Virus record (IMG/VR): IMGVR_UViG_3300009964_000024
Length of the DNA stretch: 35,441 nt
Direction: 5' to 3' (one strand)
Origin: a virus
Positions 34,527-35,441 of the stretch are shown here, one piece after another. A program made the translations under genes and the position numbers. Every line of letters starts with the position of its first letter. The first letter of the stretch is position 1. The notes beneath the pieces were generated by a model that did no database searches, was not told where the DNA came from, and saw nothing but the letters and a program-made list of their open reading frames with translations.

Positions 34527-34534
34527 GGTAGAAT
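34506..34534 (+). promoter_or_regulatory. Early promoter P5
   Basis: TTGACA, 17-nt spacer, TAGAAT. Upstream AAAAAATTTAAAAAAAG. Confidence 0.65.
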
Positions 34535-34576
34535 TAAAGAGTAGATAACTACAAAACAAAATAAGGAGGTTCCCAA

Positions 34577-34954
34577 ATGGAACAAACAAGAAAATATTGC
34601 ATTTTACAGAACGAAAAGGGTCTGTTTCTTGAAAAATTCAGCAATAAGAAACTAGACGACACTATCAACCTGCTAGCTATGAACGTCGAATTTTGTGACG
34701 CACCAGAATACGCGGCGCGTTGCAGATACGAAGACAAAGACAGCGAGCTTTTGAAGAAGACAGCCGAGTTCTACGGCTTAGATATTCGGGTGCTTGAAGT
34801 CAAAATGGAGGTCAAGACACTTGACGATGAACCAGCACCAGAGTACGACCCGAAGAAAGAACGCAAGAGCGAAATGCGCGAATTTCTCGAAATGCTGGCG
34901 AAGGTAGGCGAGAAGCTAGACGAGAGCGGCGAAGAAACTCCCGAGTGCGAATAG
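34577..34954 (+). CDS. Hypothetical acidic protein (125 aa)
   Basis: RBS AAGGAGG. Confidence 0.7.
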   Translation: MEQTRKYCILQNEKGLFLEKFSNKKLDDTINLLAMNVEFCDAPEYAARCRYEDKDSELLKKTAEFYGLDIRVLEVKMEVKTLDDEPAPEYDPKKERKSEMREFLEMLAKVGEKLDESGEETPECE

Positions 34955-34969
34955 AAAGAAGGGCAGGAC

Positions 34970-35441
34970 ATGGGGACTAATTTAGCAATCGTAACAGGTC
35001 GGCTAGTGCGAGACGTTGAGCTGCGCTGGCACCAAGGGCCTAATGGAAACCGAGCCTTCGCGGGCTTCTCTATCGCTTGCAATCGCAACTACAAGAACCA
35101 GAACGGCGAGCGGGACGCTGACTTCATCGAGTGTTCTATCAGCGGCCGACAAGCCGAGAATTTGGCAAACTGGACGCGCAAAGGTAGTCGAATAACGGTT
35201 GTCGGGTCAATCAAAACCCGCAACTACGAAAACCAGCAAGGCCAGCGCGTGTATGTGACAGAGATTGATGTCCGAGACGTCGAGTATCTGGACCCGAACC
35301 CGAACAGCCAGCAAGGACAAGAACAAGGCGGATATAGCGGCGGATACGGCCAACAACAGCAACAAGGCGGATATAGCGGCGGATACGGCCAACAACAGCA
35401 ACAAGGCGGATATAGCGGCGGATACGGCCAACAACAGCAAC
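34970..35441 (+). CDS. ssb: Single-stranded DNA-binding protein, N-terminal OB-fold part (runs off the window; continues at 1..246)
   Basis: [99 protein letters not shown] is a typical SSB OB fold. No stop codon before the window end. Confidence 0.9.
   Translation, partial: MGTNLAIVTGRLVRDVELRWHQGPNGNRAFAGFSIACNRNYKNQNGERDADFIECSISGRQAENLANWTRKGSRITVVGSIKTRNYENQQGQRVYVTEIDVRDVEYLDPNPNSQQGQEQGGYSGGYGQQQQQGGYSGGYGQQQQQGGYSGGYGQQQQ
35315..35441. repeat. Terminal 127-nt duplicate of bases 1..127 (circular-contig overlap)
   Basis: Base-for-base identity by direct comparison. Joining the two copies restores a single in-frame ssb of 196 aa. Confidence 0.9.

Noticed and set aside
1-35441. Search for tRNA genes, integrase/attP, toxin-antitoxin pairs, a DGR reverse transcriptase, and homing endonucleases or introns
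   Set aside because: I found no cloverleaf-like or T-loop (GGTTCGAAT-type) sequences, no tyrosine or serine recombinase motifs, no RT, and no interrupted conserved genes other than the two frameshift cases reported above.

Overview
This window looks like a complete, circularly closed genome of a tailed dsDNA phage with siphovirus-type architecture, from a Gram-positive (Firmicutes/Lactobacillales-like) host. The evidence for that host range is strong AGGAGG-type RBSs, a Dp-1-type holin and a CW_7 endolysin. The last 127 nt (35315..35441) are identical to the first 127 nt, so the unique length is about 35,314 bp, and one ssb gene is split across the window ends. I call 46 protein genes, all on the + strand, and found no tRNA, CRISPR array, integrase, CI-type repressor or excisionase. 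The gene order is as follows. (1) An early region runs from 29219 across the junction to about 4130. It contains small unknown ORFs, XRE-type HTH proteins, a replisome organizer with an internal iteron cluster, ERF, DUF1351, SSB, DUF2786, RusA and small membrane proteins. (2) An ArpU/RinA-like late regulator is at 4250..4726. (3) A ParB-N/DNA methyltransferase fusion is interrupted by a frameshift in a G5 run. (4) The late region holds terS, terL, portal, minor capsid, scaffold, major capsid, connectors, major tail, two chaperones, a 1257-aa tape measure, Dit, Tal and a receptor-binding protein. (5) The lysis cassette has two holins and an Amidase_5 + 2xCW_7 endolysin. The most unusual features are: (a) a 0.67-kb ORF-free island (28548..29218) with two stand-alone consensus-promoter/intrinsic-terminator cassettes, which are candidate sRNAs of about 80 and 175 nt; (b) near-total depletion of GATC and CCGG tetranucleotides; (c) two genes broken at homopolymer runs, one of which also carries an 8-bp tandem duplication; (d) four perfect 39-bp tandem repeats in the ssb linker; (e) a family of near-consensus early promoters with a shared A-rich upstream cassette; (f) late-promoter candidates without a -35 element, one followed by a leader terminator. 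All functional calls rest on motif recognition by eye. No database search was run.
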